From Anaerovibrio sp. (GTDB lineage Bacteria; Bacillota; Negativicutes; Selenomonadales; Selenomonadaceae), in contig NZ_JAZTZI010000124.1 of NCBI RefSeq assembly GCF_045637405.1, positions 1,644 through 65,643 of the forward strand: DNA of 64,000 nucleotides. The letters run 5' to 3'. The first letter of the stretch is position 1. Each line of letters opens with the position of its first letter. Positions 15,638-25,426 of this stretch are shown here, one piece after another. Made by a program: the position numbers and the translations under genes. The notes below the pieces were generated by a model. That model was not told the origin of the DNA. It saw only the letters and a list, made by a program, of their open reading frames with translations, and did not search any database.

Positions 15638-16246
15638 TCAATTGTATTTAGGATCTCTCAACAGTATAAGCCCAATGATTGCATCCACCAGGACACAGTA
15701 CATAGGATTTACATTGAAACAGAGAGAGGCTATAAATGTACCGGCAGCAATCAATATTGGAAGTAACAGCTTCTTCTTGAACAGCTTATATACCAGATTA
15801 AGTCCCACATCAATAATAACAGCGGTGGCACCGCATTGCATGCCCTTTAAAAGCATCTGTACATAGTAGTTGTGGGCAAAGAGATCGTAAAAAAAAGCGA
15901 TAATTGTAATGGTAATAAGTGGAGGAAGTACAGTAGCCAATATGGTTACCAATGTCCCCATAAAACCTGCCATTTTATAACCAAGCATTATGGAAGCGTT
16001 AACAGCCATTACGCCCGGAAGGGACTGAGCGATGGCAGTAATGTCCAAGGTGTCCTTATCGTTAATCCAGCCATATTCATCCACATATTTTTTCTTAAGA
16101 AGTGGTATAATTACCATGCCACCGCCTACAGTGAAGGCACTGATCAGAAAGGTGGATTTAAACAGGACCCAGAAAAAGTGTCGGGTACCAGGGACAATAT
16201 GAAGTTTATTTACTGCTTCATCCAGCTGTTGGTTTTCATTACTCAT
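15638..16246 (-). CDS. chromate transporter (ChrA) family protein, first half-size subunit
   Basis: FLISAFTVGGGMVIIPLL...LPGVMAVNASIMLGY. The ATG at 16246 is preceded by AAGGAG; the longer track ORF reads through the leader. Confidence 0.85.
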   Translation of the reverse strand: MSNENQQLDEAVNKLHIVPGTRHFFWVLFKSTFLISAFTVGGGMVIIPLLKKKYVDEYGWINDKDTLDITAIAQSLPGVMAVNASIMLGYKMAGFMGTLVTILATVLPPLITITIIAFFYDLFAHNYYVQMLLKGMQCGATAVIIDVGLNLVYKLFKKKLLLPILIAAGTFIASLCFNVNPMYCVLVDAIIGLILLRDPKYN

Positions 16247-16330
16247 AGATAACTCCTTACAAATTAATTCATCATACAATTCTAATATATAATATTTAAA
16301 AATGCAAAAATAAGGATTTATGATGAAAAA

Positions 16331-16502
16331 ATGCAAAATAAAAGAAGCCCCTTGGAGATGAGGGGCTTCCCACGGAGAAGGAATGATAATGGGATCTACA
16401 TCAAGGTATTTTTTGTGTAACAAGCAATTGGAGAGGTTTGTCTGTTACATTAACCTTGATTAACCTTCATAGGGGAAAAATCACTCCCCTACGATGTAGA
16501 AT
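16331..16502 (-). promoter_or_regulatory. structured 5' leader (three-way junction plus intrinsic terminator) upstream of the chrA pair; class unknown
   Basis: On the minus strand: P1 TCTACA/TGTAGA (16495..16500 with 16395..16400). Hairpin AGGGGA..TCCCCT (16471..16490). Helix TCAAGGT/ACCTTGA enclosing TGTAACA/TGTTACA. Then terminator stem GAAGCCCCT/AGGGGCTTC (16344..16369) followed by a T-run. Confidence 0.45.
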
Positions 16503-16620
16503 AATATTACTATTTATAAATTAAATGAATATGAAACAAAGATTAAAATAAGATTAAAAACTGCAAAGTTTACATTTTAGTGTTACAATATTAATGGAAA
16601 AGTATTCTCTGAAAGGACTA

Positions 16621-16851
16621 ATGATTATGAATATCCTAAAATTTTGTCTTGTGGCGGTTCTGGTCTTCTGGCTTATTTCCGAATTTGCTCCGGAAAATGT
16701 ATCTGCTATTACAAGTATGATGGGAATTGCGGTAGCAGTGGTGGCCATGATTATGTACAACAAAAAGCATAATAACTCTAACGAGGAGTCAGAAGGATAT
16801 GATGACATCAACGATGATAGAGGGAAAAAGGATTTGTTAGATAAAAAATAA
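16621..16851 (+). CDS. small two-TM membrane protein (hypothetical)
   Basis: Two hydrophobic segments and a charged tail. An extended -10 TGtTACAAT at 16581..16589 places the transcription start near 16596, so the ATG at 16621 (after AAAGGA) is more likely than the track start at 16594. Confidence 0.4.
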   Translation: MIMNILKFCLVAVLVFWLISEFAPENVSAITSMMGIAVAVVAMIMYNKKHNNSNEESEGYDDINDDRGKKDLLDKK

Positions 16852-16920
16852 TTTTTATAGTATTGTGGTCTTAAACGTGGTATATTTAACGAGATATTTG
16901 CACTATCTGTATATCGATAA

Positions 16921-18339
16921 ATGAAAGGTTGTGTTAGTGAGACAATGGAAGAAAAAGGAATGAAAAGGGGATTGAAGAATCGCCATTTACAGCTTATTTC
17001 CTTAGGTGGTGTAATTGGCAGCGGATATTTCCTTGGTACCGGCTATATTCTGGAAAAAGCAGGACCGGCTGCAATAGTTTCCTATTTGTTAGGAGGCGCC
17101 ATTGTACTATGTGTCATGCTTTGTTTGGCAGAATTGGCGGTAGCTGAACCTATAGCGGGCTCTTTTGTAACTTATGCCAGAAAGTATATTAATCCAACAT
17201 GGGCATGTGGTGTAGGCTGGACATATTGGGTCACATGGGTTTCCTATGTTCCGTCAGAAATGATTGCCGCCGGCATAATAATGAATAATTTCGTGCCAGA
17301 GGTCAGTCAGCTTTGGTGGGCTGTTCTATTTTGTCTGCTAGTTACTTTGGTGAACCTGTTTCAGGTGGATAAATTTGGCGAAAGCGAGTTTTGGCTGGCT
17401 ATTATAAAAATTATTGCCCTGATGGCTTTCGTTGTTGTGGGCGTTCTAATAATACTTGGCCTAATCGGTGATCAGGGCTATCTGGGAACTACATTGCTGC
17501 TCGGCAGCGGTGGTTTTACCCCAAATGGTTACTGGGCAATTATAGTAACCATGACTATAATTTTGGTAAATTTTCAGGGTACTGAAATCATCGGTTTGGC
17601 AGCTGGTGAATGTGAAAAGCCTGAGGAGAGTATCCCTTTGGCAGTGCGTAATGTAACATGGCGTATTATTGCTCTTTATATTATCCCTATTTCAGTATTG
17701 ATTTCCATTTTGCCATGGGATAAGGCGAGCCTTGAGGAAAGCGTATTTGCAGTGGCATTGGCTGAATATGGTTTGGATAAGTTTGCAGCGTTTTTCAGCT
17801 TCGTTGTGCTGACAGCGGCCTTGTCCTGTACAAATTCTGGTCTTTATGGCACCAGCCGTGCCCTTTACTCCTTGTCAAAGATTGGCATGGCTCCCAAAAA
17901 GCTGTCAACTCTTAATAGAAACGGTATGCCTCAGAATTCTGTGGTGGTTACCATTGCCACCTGCTGGCTGATTATATTGCTTTATAGCTTTGATACCAGT
18001 GACATGGCATATACATATCTACTTTCCTTGTCCGGTTTCACCGGAGCTATTGCCTGGATTTCAATTTGCTGGAGCCAGTACAATTTCCGTAAGCATTGTG
18101 AGGCAAGAAATTCTGTGGAAAGGCTTCGCTACAGGACTCCGTTCTTCCCATTTGTCACTCATTTCGGCATTTGGGCTCAGGTTATCTGTATCATCATAGT
18201 GGCATCGGAGCCGGAGCTTCGGGAGACAATATATCTCGGTGCTATCAGCCTGATAATCCCTATGGTAATTTATAAGATTGAACATAGTCGTTGGAAGCGA
18301 AAAAAGAAGAAACGCATTGAGCAAATGAAGAATACCTAA
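16921..18339 (+). CDS. amino acid permease (APC superfamily)
   Basis: LKNRHLQLISLGGVIGSGYFLGTG signature and 12 predicted TM segments. The start is uncertain (16921, 16945 or 16960). Confidence 0.9.
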   Translation: MKGCVSETMEEKGMKRGLKNRHLQLISLGGVIGSGYFLGTGYILEKAGPAAIVSYLLGGAIVLCVMLCLAELAVAEPIAGSFVTYARKYINPTWACGVGWTYWVTWVSYVPSEMIAAGIIMNNFVPEVSQLWWAVLFCLLVTLVNLFQVDKFGESEFWLAIIKIIALMAFVVVGVLIILGLIGDQGYLGTTLLLGSGGFTPNGYWAIIVTMTIILVNFQGTEIIGLAAGECEKPEESIPLAVRNVTWRIIALYIIPISVLISILPWDKASLEESVFAVALAEYGLDKFAAFFSFVVLTAALSCTNSGLYGTSRALYSLSKIGMAPKKLSTLNRNGMPQNSVVVTIATCWLIILLYSFDTSDMAYTYLLSLSGFTGAIAWISICWSQYNFRKHCEARNSVERLRYRTPFFPFVTHFGIWAQVICIIIVASEPELRETIYLGAISLIIPMVIYKIEHSRWKRKKKKRIEQMKNT

Positions 18340-18348
18340 ATATCTCTG

Positions 18349-18385
18349 AGCCCTTTTCAGTAAGCACCTGAGAAGGGCTTTTTCT
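18349..18385 (+). terminator. intrinsic terminator
   Basis: A 12-bp stem agcccttttcag / ctgagaagggct (one G-U pair) followed by tttttc. Confidence 0.75.
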
Positions 18386-18461
18386 TATGTTTTTTACATT
18401 GAAAAAAATAAGTCGCCATGATAAACTTAGAGATGTAATTTATTTTGTCCGGAGGATGAAT

Positions 18462-19598
18462 ATGATGGCAATTAGGATGAGAGCATTGGCTGGCATAATA
18501 TGTGCAGCTTCAATGTTTATGTATGGTACAGCCTGGGCAGCTGAACCAGAGGGAATAGATATTAATGTAGCTGATGTTACCAGAGAACAGGCAGCTGCTG
18601 TGGCAAGTGCACAGGTGGAGCTTCATGAGGAAGAATTGATACCAAAGGTTAATGATGGCACGAAAATTATGATAAATTTGGCCAATCGTGGGCTCTATTT
18701 ATATGAAAAGGGCGTTAAGACCAAGCTGTATCCTATAGCTTGTGGCAAATATACCAATCGTTCTCCGGTAGGTTATTATAAGGTTAGTGAGAAAGAGGTT
18801 AATCCTACTTGGATTGATCCTGCTGATCGCACAAATGTGGTTACTTCCGGTCCATCTAATCCACTGGGGTATCGTTGGATTGGATTTAATGGTTATTATG
18901 GTATTCATGGTACAAATAACCCATCCAGCATTGGCACCTATGCCTCCAAGGGCTGTATCCGTATGCTGGAGGATGACGTGGAGGACCTGTATGAACGGGT
19001 TGAGGTAGGCACTCCTGTGGAGGTTTACTACAATCGCTGTGTTATGGAAAAATCAAATGACGGCACAGTGGTGTATTACATCTATCCAGACGCTTATGAC
19101 TGTCAGCCACTTTCTGTGGAGCAGATCAATGAATGGCTTCACGGTTATGGTGTGGAATGTTTTGAAAGTGATGATGCCATAAAAGAGAAGATTGCTGCGG
19201 AGGATGGCCAGCCTACATTTGTGGCAAGGCCTTTCAACTTGACCGTAAATGGTAAGACCTTGGAATGGAAGGCTATTCAGAAGGATGGCATCTATTATTT
19301 GCCGCTATATCAGATGGCTGAGGCCCTGAATATGGCAGTTTACACTGATAAGGATGCCGGCATGGTGAGAACATCCTATGGTACAGCCACTGTTAATGAT
19401 TTTAAGAATGTTCTTTATATCAATGCTGATGAAGCAGAAGCTGTTTTTAACATAAATGGTGGTAAATACTCCAGTAATTCCATGGTGTATAAAACCAATC
19501 CGCCTAAAAAGACTGAGGAAGTTAAAAATAGTGAATCTGGAACCAAGGTTAATGAAACTGCCGTATTTAACAGAAATGTAGAATCGGGAAAAAAATAA
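18462..19598 (+). CDS. L,D-transpeptidase (YkuD domain) with a C-terminal copper-amine-oxidase-N-like stalk domain
   Basis: Signal peptide (...MFMYGTAWA). The YkuD motif ...YGIHGTNNPSSIGTYASKGCIRM contains the catalytic Cys. The ATG at 18462 lies 6 nt after GGAGG; the track start overlaps the upstream terminator. Confidence 0.85.
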   Translation: MMAIRMRALAGIICAASMFMYGTAWAAEPEGIDINVADVTREQAAAVASAQVELHEEELIPKVNDGTKIMINLANRGLYLYEKGVKTKLYPIACGKYTNRSPVGYYKVSEKEVNPTWIDPADRTNVVTSGPSNPLGYRWIGFNGYYGIHGTNNPSSIGTYASKGCIRMLEDDVEDLYERVEVGTPVEVYYNRCVMEKSNDGTVVYYIYPDAYDCQPLSVEQINEWLHGYGVECFESDDAIKEKIAAEDGQPTFVARPFNLTVNGKTLEWKAIQKDGIYYLPLYQMAEALNMAVYTDKDAGMVRTSYGTATVNDFKNVLYINADEAEAVFNINGGKYSSNSMVYKTNPPKKTEEVKNSESGTKVNETAVFNRNVESGKK

Positions 19599-19621
19599 TT
19601 TTTTAGTAAGTTTGTTTTATC

Positions 19622-19654
19622 AAAGCAGAGGTATATTATATCTCTGCTTTCTTG
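19622..19654 (+). terminator. probable intrinsic terminator
   Basis: A 9-bp stem aaagcagag / ctctgcttt followed by a short T-rich tail. Confidence 0.55.
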
Positions 19655-19661
19655 TGCCTAT

Positions 19662-22355
19662 ATGTTTAAGCATATAGATGGGGGTATCACTTTGAAAAAG
19701 AAATTTTTTATTTTAGATGGAAGTTCTCTTTTGTACAGGGCGTTTTATGCTTTGCCACTTTTGGAATCCAAGTCCGGGGAATATACCAATGCTATTTATG
19801 GCTTTTCCAATATGCTGGTAAAACTCATGACTGAGTGGAAGCCTGATTATTTGGTTATTGCCTTTGATGCGGGAAAAAAGACGTTCCGTAATGAAATGTT
19901 TACTGAATATAAGGGCACCAGAAAACCTACCCCTCCTGAACTTTTGAGCCAGATTCCATTATTGCATGAAATGGCTGAAGCATGGGGGATTTCTCTGGTG
20001 GAGCTGCCTGGTTATGAGGCTGATGATATTATTGGCACCTTGGCCAACAAGGCTGTGGATAATGGCTGTGAGGCCTATGTTGTTACTGGGGATAGAGATG
20101 CGCTCCAGCTTGTTAAGCCTGACTTAAGTGTACTTTTCACCAAGAAGGGCATCTCTGAGCTTAAGGTTTATGATGTTCCCACCTTCCGGGAGGAATATGA
20201 TGGCCTGGATCCTATTCAGCTCATTGATATGAAGGGGCTTATGGGCGATACCTCTGATAACATTCCAGGTGTTCCGGGAGTGGGCCCAAAGACAGCTTCA
20301 AAGCTGTTGGCCGCTTATGGCAGCGTGGAGGAGGTTCTCCTTCATGTGGAGGAAATTGCCGGGAAAAAGCTAAAAGAAAATATCCGTGAGAATCAGCAGA
20401 TGGCCATTTTATCAAAGAAACTGGCTACTATCTGCTTGGAGGTTCCTGTGGAATTTGACGATGCCGCCTTTAAAATCACTACTGACGGTAATGAGCTTAC
20501 CCGTTTTTATACACGTTACAATATTAAGTCTATGCTAAAGGCAATCCAGCCATTTATTTCTGAAGGCGGGGTAGTGGAAGCGGTTTCTGAAGAAAAGCTC
20601 CTGGAGTGCCAGGTGATAAATGATGCTTCTGGAGCCAAGAAGCTGGTGGATGAATGCCGTCAGGCCGGTAAAATAAATGCGGCTGCTGTTTTCAGTGGCA
20701 AGGTTCCTTCCGTAGCTTTGACCGGGCTAGGTGTTGCTGTAAATGGTAAGCGTTATTTTGTAGATGTTTCATCCATGGGTGATTTTGAACATGATTCTCT
20801 GTTTTTTGATGAGCTTGTTGCAGAAAATGAGCTATGGAAGATTTTAAAGGTATTGTTCTCTGATGAGTCAGTGGTTAAATATATTCATGGTTTAAAAAAT
20901 TATTATCATGCCAATGTTGAAGTTACGGGCAAGGTTTACGATTTGGAGCTCATTGGCTATCTCCTGAATCCTGTAAGCTCCAAATATGATGTAAGTGAGT
21001 TGGCAGCGGCCTTTGCGCCTTCTCTTACTGCTCCTGAGAAGGGGACTGATATATATAATAGTGTGTCATGGCAGGCATTTGCCATGGAGCGTTTTAGTGA
21101 AGATATGCTTCATCGGCTTGAGGAAAAGGAGCTGGACAAGCTCTACAATGATATGGAGCTTCCGTTGGTATATGTATTGGCTGATATGGAGAAAAACGGT
21201 ATTTATGTGAACCGGAAAAATCTTCATGAGCAGTCTGTTGCTGTAGGCAAGATAATAGCTGACCTTGATAAGGAAATCCGTGAGTTGGCTGGTATGGACT
21301 TTAATGTGAATTCTCCAAAACAGCTGGGGGAGGTTCTCTTTGAAAAATTAGGTCTTCCAGTGATTAAAAAAACAAAGACTGGTTATTCTACCAATGCAGA
21401 GGTGCTTAATCAGCTTCGTGGTGAACATCCTATTATCGAGAAAATTTTAAGCTACCGCCTTTGGACTAAGCTGAAATCTACATATCTTGACGGTATAAGC
21501 CAGCTCATCGACAGTGGAACTAACCGGATTCACACCTCCTTTAATCAGACTGTTACAGCCACAGGCAGACTCAGCAGTTCAGATCCTAATTTGCAGAATA
21601 TTCCTGTTCGTACTGAGGAGGGAAAGAAAATCCGTCAGCTCTTTGAGCCAGGTGCCGGGTATGATTATCTTCTTAGTGCAGATTATTCCCAGATTGAGCT
21701 TAGGGTTTTGGCCCATATGTCCCAGGATGAAAATTTTATTAAGGCATTTAATAATAATGAGGATATTCATGCACGTACGGCAGCTGAGGTCTTTGGAATT
21801 CCTATGGATGAAGTAACTCCAACACTCCGCCGTCATGCCAAGGCAGTTAATTTTGGTATTGTTTATGGTATCAGTGATTATGGTTTATCACAGGATTTGG
21901 GAATTACCCGCAAGGAAGCAGCAGGCTATATTGATAGCTATTTTGAAAAATGTAAGGGCGTTAAGAAATTTATAGATAAGGTAGTTGAGGAGGCCCACGC
22001 CAAGGGTTATGTTCAGACCGCCTATGGACGTCGCCGTGAGCTTGCATCTATTAATAGCTCTAATTATATGCAGCGTATGTTGGCGGAAAGAATGGCCATG
22101 AATACACCTATTCAGGGGACAGCAGCTGATATTATCAAATTGGCAATGATTAAAGCACATAGGATGATTAATGATGCCAAGCTGAAAAGCAGGATACTTC
22201 TTCAGGTTCATGATGAGCTCGTTTTGGAAGTGGTTGAGTCCGAGATTGAAGCTGTGAAATCCATTTTAAAGGATGCTATGGAAAATATAGTGTCATTAAG
22301 TGTTCCACTTTCCATTGATATTAGCATGGGTAAAAATTGGGCTGAGGCCAAGTGA
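19662..22355 (+). CDS. polA: DNA polymerase I
   Basis: 5' nuclease domain (FFILDGSSLLYRAFYA), a 3'-5' exo-like middle region, and polymerase motifs (DYSQIELRVLAH, QVHDELV). Confidence 0.95.
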   Translation: MFKHIDGGITLKKKFFILDGSSLLYRAFYALPLLESKSGEYTNAIYGFSNMLVKLMTEWKPDYLVIAFDAGKKTFRNEMFTEYKGTRKPTPPELLSQIPLLHEMAEAWGISLVELPGYEADDIIGTLANKAVDNGCEAYVVTGDRDALQLVKPDLSVLFTKKGISELKVYDVPTFREEYDGLDPIQLIDMKGLMGDTSDNIPGVPGVGPKTASKLLAAYGSVEEVLLHVEEIAGKKLKENIRENQQMAILSKKLATICLEVPVEFDDAAFKITTDGNELTRFYTRYNIKSMLKAIQPFISEGGVVEAVSEEKLLECQVINDASGAKKLVDECRQAGKINAAAVFSGKVPSVALTGLGVAVNGKRYFVDVSSMGDFEHDSLFFDELVAENELWKILKVLFSDESVVKYIHGLKNYYHANVEVTGKVYDLELIGYLLNPVSSKYDVSELAAAFAPSLTAPEKGTDIYNSVSWQAFAMERFSEDMLHRLEEKELDKLYNDMELPLVYVLADMEKNGIYVNRKNLHEQSVAVGKIIADLDKEIRELAGMDFNVNSPKQLGEVLFEKLGLPVIKKTKTGYSTNAEVLNQLRGEHPIIEKILSYRLWTKLKSTYLDGISQLIDSGTNRIHTSFNQTVTATGRLSSSDPNLQNIPVRTEEGKKIRQLFEPGAGYDYLLSADYSQIELRVLAHMSQDENFIKAFNNNEDIHARTAAEVFGIPMDEVTPTLRRHAKAVNFGIVYGISDYGLSQDLGITRKEAAGYIDSYFEKCKGVKKFIDKVVEEAHAKGYVQTAYGRRRELASINSSNYMQRMLAERMAMNTPIQGTAADIIKLAMIKAHRMINDAKLKSRILLQVHDELVLEVVESEIEAVKSILKDAMENIVSLSVPLSIDISMGKNWAEAK

Positions 22356-22370
22356 TAAGGGGGATTTAAT

Positions 22371-23201
22371 ATGCCTGAGATGCCGGAGCTGGAAACAATA
22401 AAACGGTCATTGGAGCCACATATAAAAGGCAGAAGAATTGATGATGTGGAGCTTTTACTGTCCCGTCAGATCAAGCACCCTTCCCCTGAGGAATTTGTAT
22501 CCCGCATTAAGGGACAAAGGGTAATGGAGCTTCAGCGCAGGGGAAAATATCTTATTCTAGTCCTTGAAAACAATATTTCCCTTGTGATTCATCTTAGAAT
22601 GAGTGGTCAGGCTTGCTATTGTGGTCCAAATGATTCTGATAGAAAGCATTCCCGCATAATTTTCCATTTGGATGATGGTGCCCGTTTCGTATTTGCTGAT
22701 ACCCGCACCCTTGGGACCATTTATGCTATGCGTGAGGATGAGCTGCCTATGATTAATGGACTGGCAGAGCTGGGGCCAGAGCCTCTTAGTAAAGACTTTA
22801 CACCAGAATACCTTAAAGATATTCTTGCAGGTAAAAAGGGAAAAATAAAATCCTTTTTGTTAAAGCAAAACTATATTGCCGGTCTTGGAAATATATATGT
22901 GGATGAGTGTTTGTTTTTGGCTGGGATAAATCCATTAAGGAATCCGGATTCTGTAACTGGTGCTGAAGCAAAAAAGCTTCATGCTTGTATTAATAAGGTT
23001 ATAGAGGACGGAATAAACGACGGCGGTACTACCTTCCGTGACTATCGTGACGGTGTCGGGGGCAAGGGCAGCCATCAGAACAATCTCTATGCCTATGGAC
23101 GTGGTGGTCAGCCATGCCGAAAATGTGGTACTATAATGGAGAAAATAAAGGTTGGCGGCAGGGGGACAGTTTATTGTCCTAAGTGCCAACCTATGAAATA
23201 A
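22371..23201 (+). CDS. mutM: formamidopyrimidine-DNA glycosylase
   Basis: The N-terminal MPEMPELET matches the MPELPEVET catalytic N-terminus. A C-terminal zinc finger is present (CRKCG...CPKCQ). Confidence 0.95.
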   Translation: MPEMPELETIKRSLEPHIKGRRIDDVELLLSRQIKHPSPEEFVSRIKGQRVMELQRRGKYLILVLENNISLVIHLRMSGQACYCGPNDSDRKHSRIIFHLDDGARFVFADTRTLGTIYAMREDELPMINGLAELGPEPLSKDFTPEYLKDILAGKKGKIKSFLLKQNYIAGLGNIYVDECLFLAGINPLRNPDSVTGAEAKKLHACINKVIEDGINDGGTTFRDYRDGVGGKGSHQNNLYAYGRGGQPCRKCGTIMEKIKVGGRGTVYCPKCQPMK

Positions 23202-23241
23202 GTTTTGGGATAGGTTTTATTTTTAAGGAACGCTTAAAATT

Positions 23242-23844
23242 ATGAAGATTATCGGTTTAACAGGTGGCATAGCCAGTGGCAAGAGTACCGTTACAAAGTA
23301 TCTTCGTCAACAGGGTTATACTGTGGTGGATTGTGATAAAATTGCCTGGGAGCTGGCGGAGCCTGATCGTTCAATATGGAGGATTTATTTTGCCCGTTAT
23401 GGCAGTAAGGTTATTAATCCGGACAGATCCTTGAACCGTCAGGCTGTGGCGGATATAGTTTTTAAGGATAAAAAGGAACTGGAGACTATTAACAGTCTTG
23501 TTCATCCGCTAATAAAGGATGAGATGATGTCTCAGGTGAAGGCTGCTGGTGATGAGGGGGAAAAGGTAATTTTTCTCGATGTGCCATTATTATTTGAGGC
23601 ATCATACGATAAAATAGTAGACGAGAAATGGCTGGTTTATGTCAGCCGTGAAACACAGCTTAGAAGGCTCATGTCCCGAAATAAGTTTAATCATGATGAA
23701 GCGGTTCGACGTATTGATTCGCAAATGAGCCTTGAAGAAAAGAAAAAATTAAGTGACGTTATTATAAATAATAATGCTGACAGAAAAAGACTTCGCCATC
23801 AGCTGGATGAAAAACTGGAACATTTGAGGATAGAGGGTGAGTAA
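23242..23844 (+). CDS. coaE: dephospho-CoA kinase
   Basis: The P-loop segment IGLTGGIASGKST and the protein length are typical of CoaE. Confidence 0.9.
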   Translation: MKIIGLTGGIASGKSTVTKYLRQQGYTVVDCDKIAWELAEPDRSIWRIYFARYGSKVINPDRSLNRQAVADIVFKDKKELETINSLVHPLIKDEMMSQVKAAGDEGEKVIFLDVPLLFEASYDKIVDEKWLVYVSRETQLRRLMSRNKFNHDEAVRRIDSQMSLEEKKKLSDVIINNNADRKRLRHQLDEKLEHLRIEGE

Positions 23845-24479
23845 TGGACAGGGAAGACGAACGCTTGAAACGTCGCCGTGAATATCTACTCAGAAAAAAA
23901 GAATTTCAGAGAAGAACCTGGAGCTGTGCTGTAGGGATTATTATTCTTCTTATGGCATTTGTTACGTTTTTTGTAATGCAGCAGAAAAGTGTCCAGAGGA
24001 CCTTTATGTTTCCTTATGAGTATCAGCAGATTGTTCGGGTTTGCAGTGAGGAAAACAACGTTGATGAGTTTTTGATTGCAGCCGTAATAAAGTCAGAAAG
24101 CAACTTTAAAAACAATGCTGTTTCTACTCCGGGGGCAGTTGGACTGATGCAGCTTATGCCTAGCACAGCTGAGTGGATAGCATCTGAAATGCATGATAGC
24201 TTCTATTCCATAGAGCGGCTGGAAACTCCGGAAATTAACATATATTACGGTTCCTGGTACCTTTCCAGATTATTGAGAGATTTTCATGGAAACAAAATAT
24301 TGGCACTGGCAGCCTATAACGCAGGCCATGGCAATGTGGAGGAGTGGATGGAGCAGTACGGCTGGGATTATGATTTTAATGATATTTCCGCCATTCCTTT
24401 TAGGGAAACCGAAATGTATGTCAGGGGCGTTTTAAGAAATGAAAAGAAGTACATAGAACTTTACGGAGAGAGGGAGTAA
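23844..24479 (+). CDS. lytic transglycosylase (SLT domain), membrane-anchored
   Basis: ES..N motif (VIKSESNFKNNAVS), GLMQLMPSTA and AYNAG. The start overlaps the coaE stop (TAATG). Confidence 0.85.
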   Translation: MDREDERLKRRREYLLRKKEFQRRTWSCAVGIIILLMAFVTFFVMQQKSVQRTFMFPYEYQQIVRVCSEENNVDEFLIAAVIKSESNFKNNAVSTPGAVGLMQLMPSTAEWIASEMHDSFYSIERLETPEINIYYGSWYLSRLLRDFHGNKILALAAYNAGHGNVEEWMEQYGWDYDFNDISAIPFRETEMYVRGVLRNEKKYIELYGERE

Positions 24480-24484
24480 ACCTT

Positions 24485-25417
24485 TTGGCTAATAATAAGC
24501 TTAATCTTGAAGGTCAGATACAGCAAATGAAGTCGAAAAATATCGGCTTTAATATTGTAAAAGAGCCAGAGGCACTGGAATATCTGGCTAAACATACTTA
24601 TTATTTTCGCCTGAAGCATTACGCTGAGAATTTTGAGAAAATAAAAAAGTCTGGTGTGGGCACCAGATATATTGATTTGGAATTTGCACATTTGAAGGAG
24701 CTTTCCCTGTTGGATCTTTATTATCGGCGGGTTATGTTTAATATTGTGCAGGATGTGGAGCATTATGCCAAGATTCAGCTTCTTAATGCGCTGGCAAGAA
24801 ATAAAAAAGAAAATGGCTATAATATTGTCAATGAATATATGGAAAAGCGTAAATACCTTGATAAGGAGCTGTCCCGCCACCAAAGTAAATATGCTAAGGG
24901 CCTTATTGAAAAATATAAAGGAAATTTTGCTGTTTGGAATATTATAGAGGTTCAGACCTTTTCCCAGTTTATTGATCTTTATGATATGTATTTTGATAAG
25001 TACCAGCAAAAGCATGTTGAGACAAAATATCTTAATGTGGTTAAGAACCTTAGAAATTCTATTGCCCATAATAACTGTTTGATGTTCAATCTCCATCCTT
25101 CTGCCACGGCCAGTGACACTGAGGATGCCATACGAATAGCAGTGGGGATGGGGCTGGATGAGGATGAATCCAGGGAAATGAATCATGTTACCTTCATTAA
25201 GGAGCTTAATATTACTCTTTATGTCTTCTGGAATATTGTTACCAGTGAGGAAGAAAAGGAGTTTCAGCTGGAGCTTTTACACGATTTGGTAAATAAACGT
25301 TTTAACCGGCACATGTATTATTTCGAAAATAATAATATTGTTTTGCCGGTGTTGAAATATGCGCAAAAGCTTGTAAGGTTTTATTTTGATAAAATTTTTG
25401 ATAACAATCATAAGTAA
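24485..25417 (+). CDS. Abi_2 (AbiD/AbiF-like) abortive-infection family protein
   Basis: Family-typical blocks: LEYLAKHTYYFRLKHY, LLDLYYRRVMFNIVQDVEHYAKIQ and LRNSIAHNNCLM. The TTG start lies 5 nt after the SLT stop. Confidence 0.8.
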   Translation: MANNKLNLEGQIQQMKSKNIGFNIVKEPEALEYLAKHTYYFRLKHYAENFEKIKKSGVGTRYIDLEFAHLKELSLLDLYYRRVMFNIVQDVEHYAKIQLLNALARNKKENGYNIVNEYMEKRKYLDKELSRHQSKYAKGLIEKYKGNFAVWNIIEVQTFSQFIDLYDMYFDKYQQKHVETKYLNVVKNLRNSIAHNNCLMFNLHPSATASDTEDAIRIAVGMGLDEDESREMNHVTFIKELNITLYVFWNIVTSEEEKEFQLELLHDLVNKRFNRHMYYFENNNIVLPVLKYAQKLVRFYFDKIFDNNHK

Positions 25418-25426
25418 ATATTAAGC

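Noticed and set aside
15638-16423. Long form of the first chrA ORF (59 extra N-terminal residues).
   Set aside because: The extension reads through the terminator hairpin and leader and has no RBS. The ATG at 16246 has AAGGAG and matches the family N-terminus.
24461-25186. 241-aa minus-strand ORF antisense to the Abi_2 gene.
   Set aside because: An open frame in A/T-rich DNA with an Ile/Leu/Lys/Phe-rich meaningless translation. The plus-strand Abi_2 motifs are convincing.
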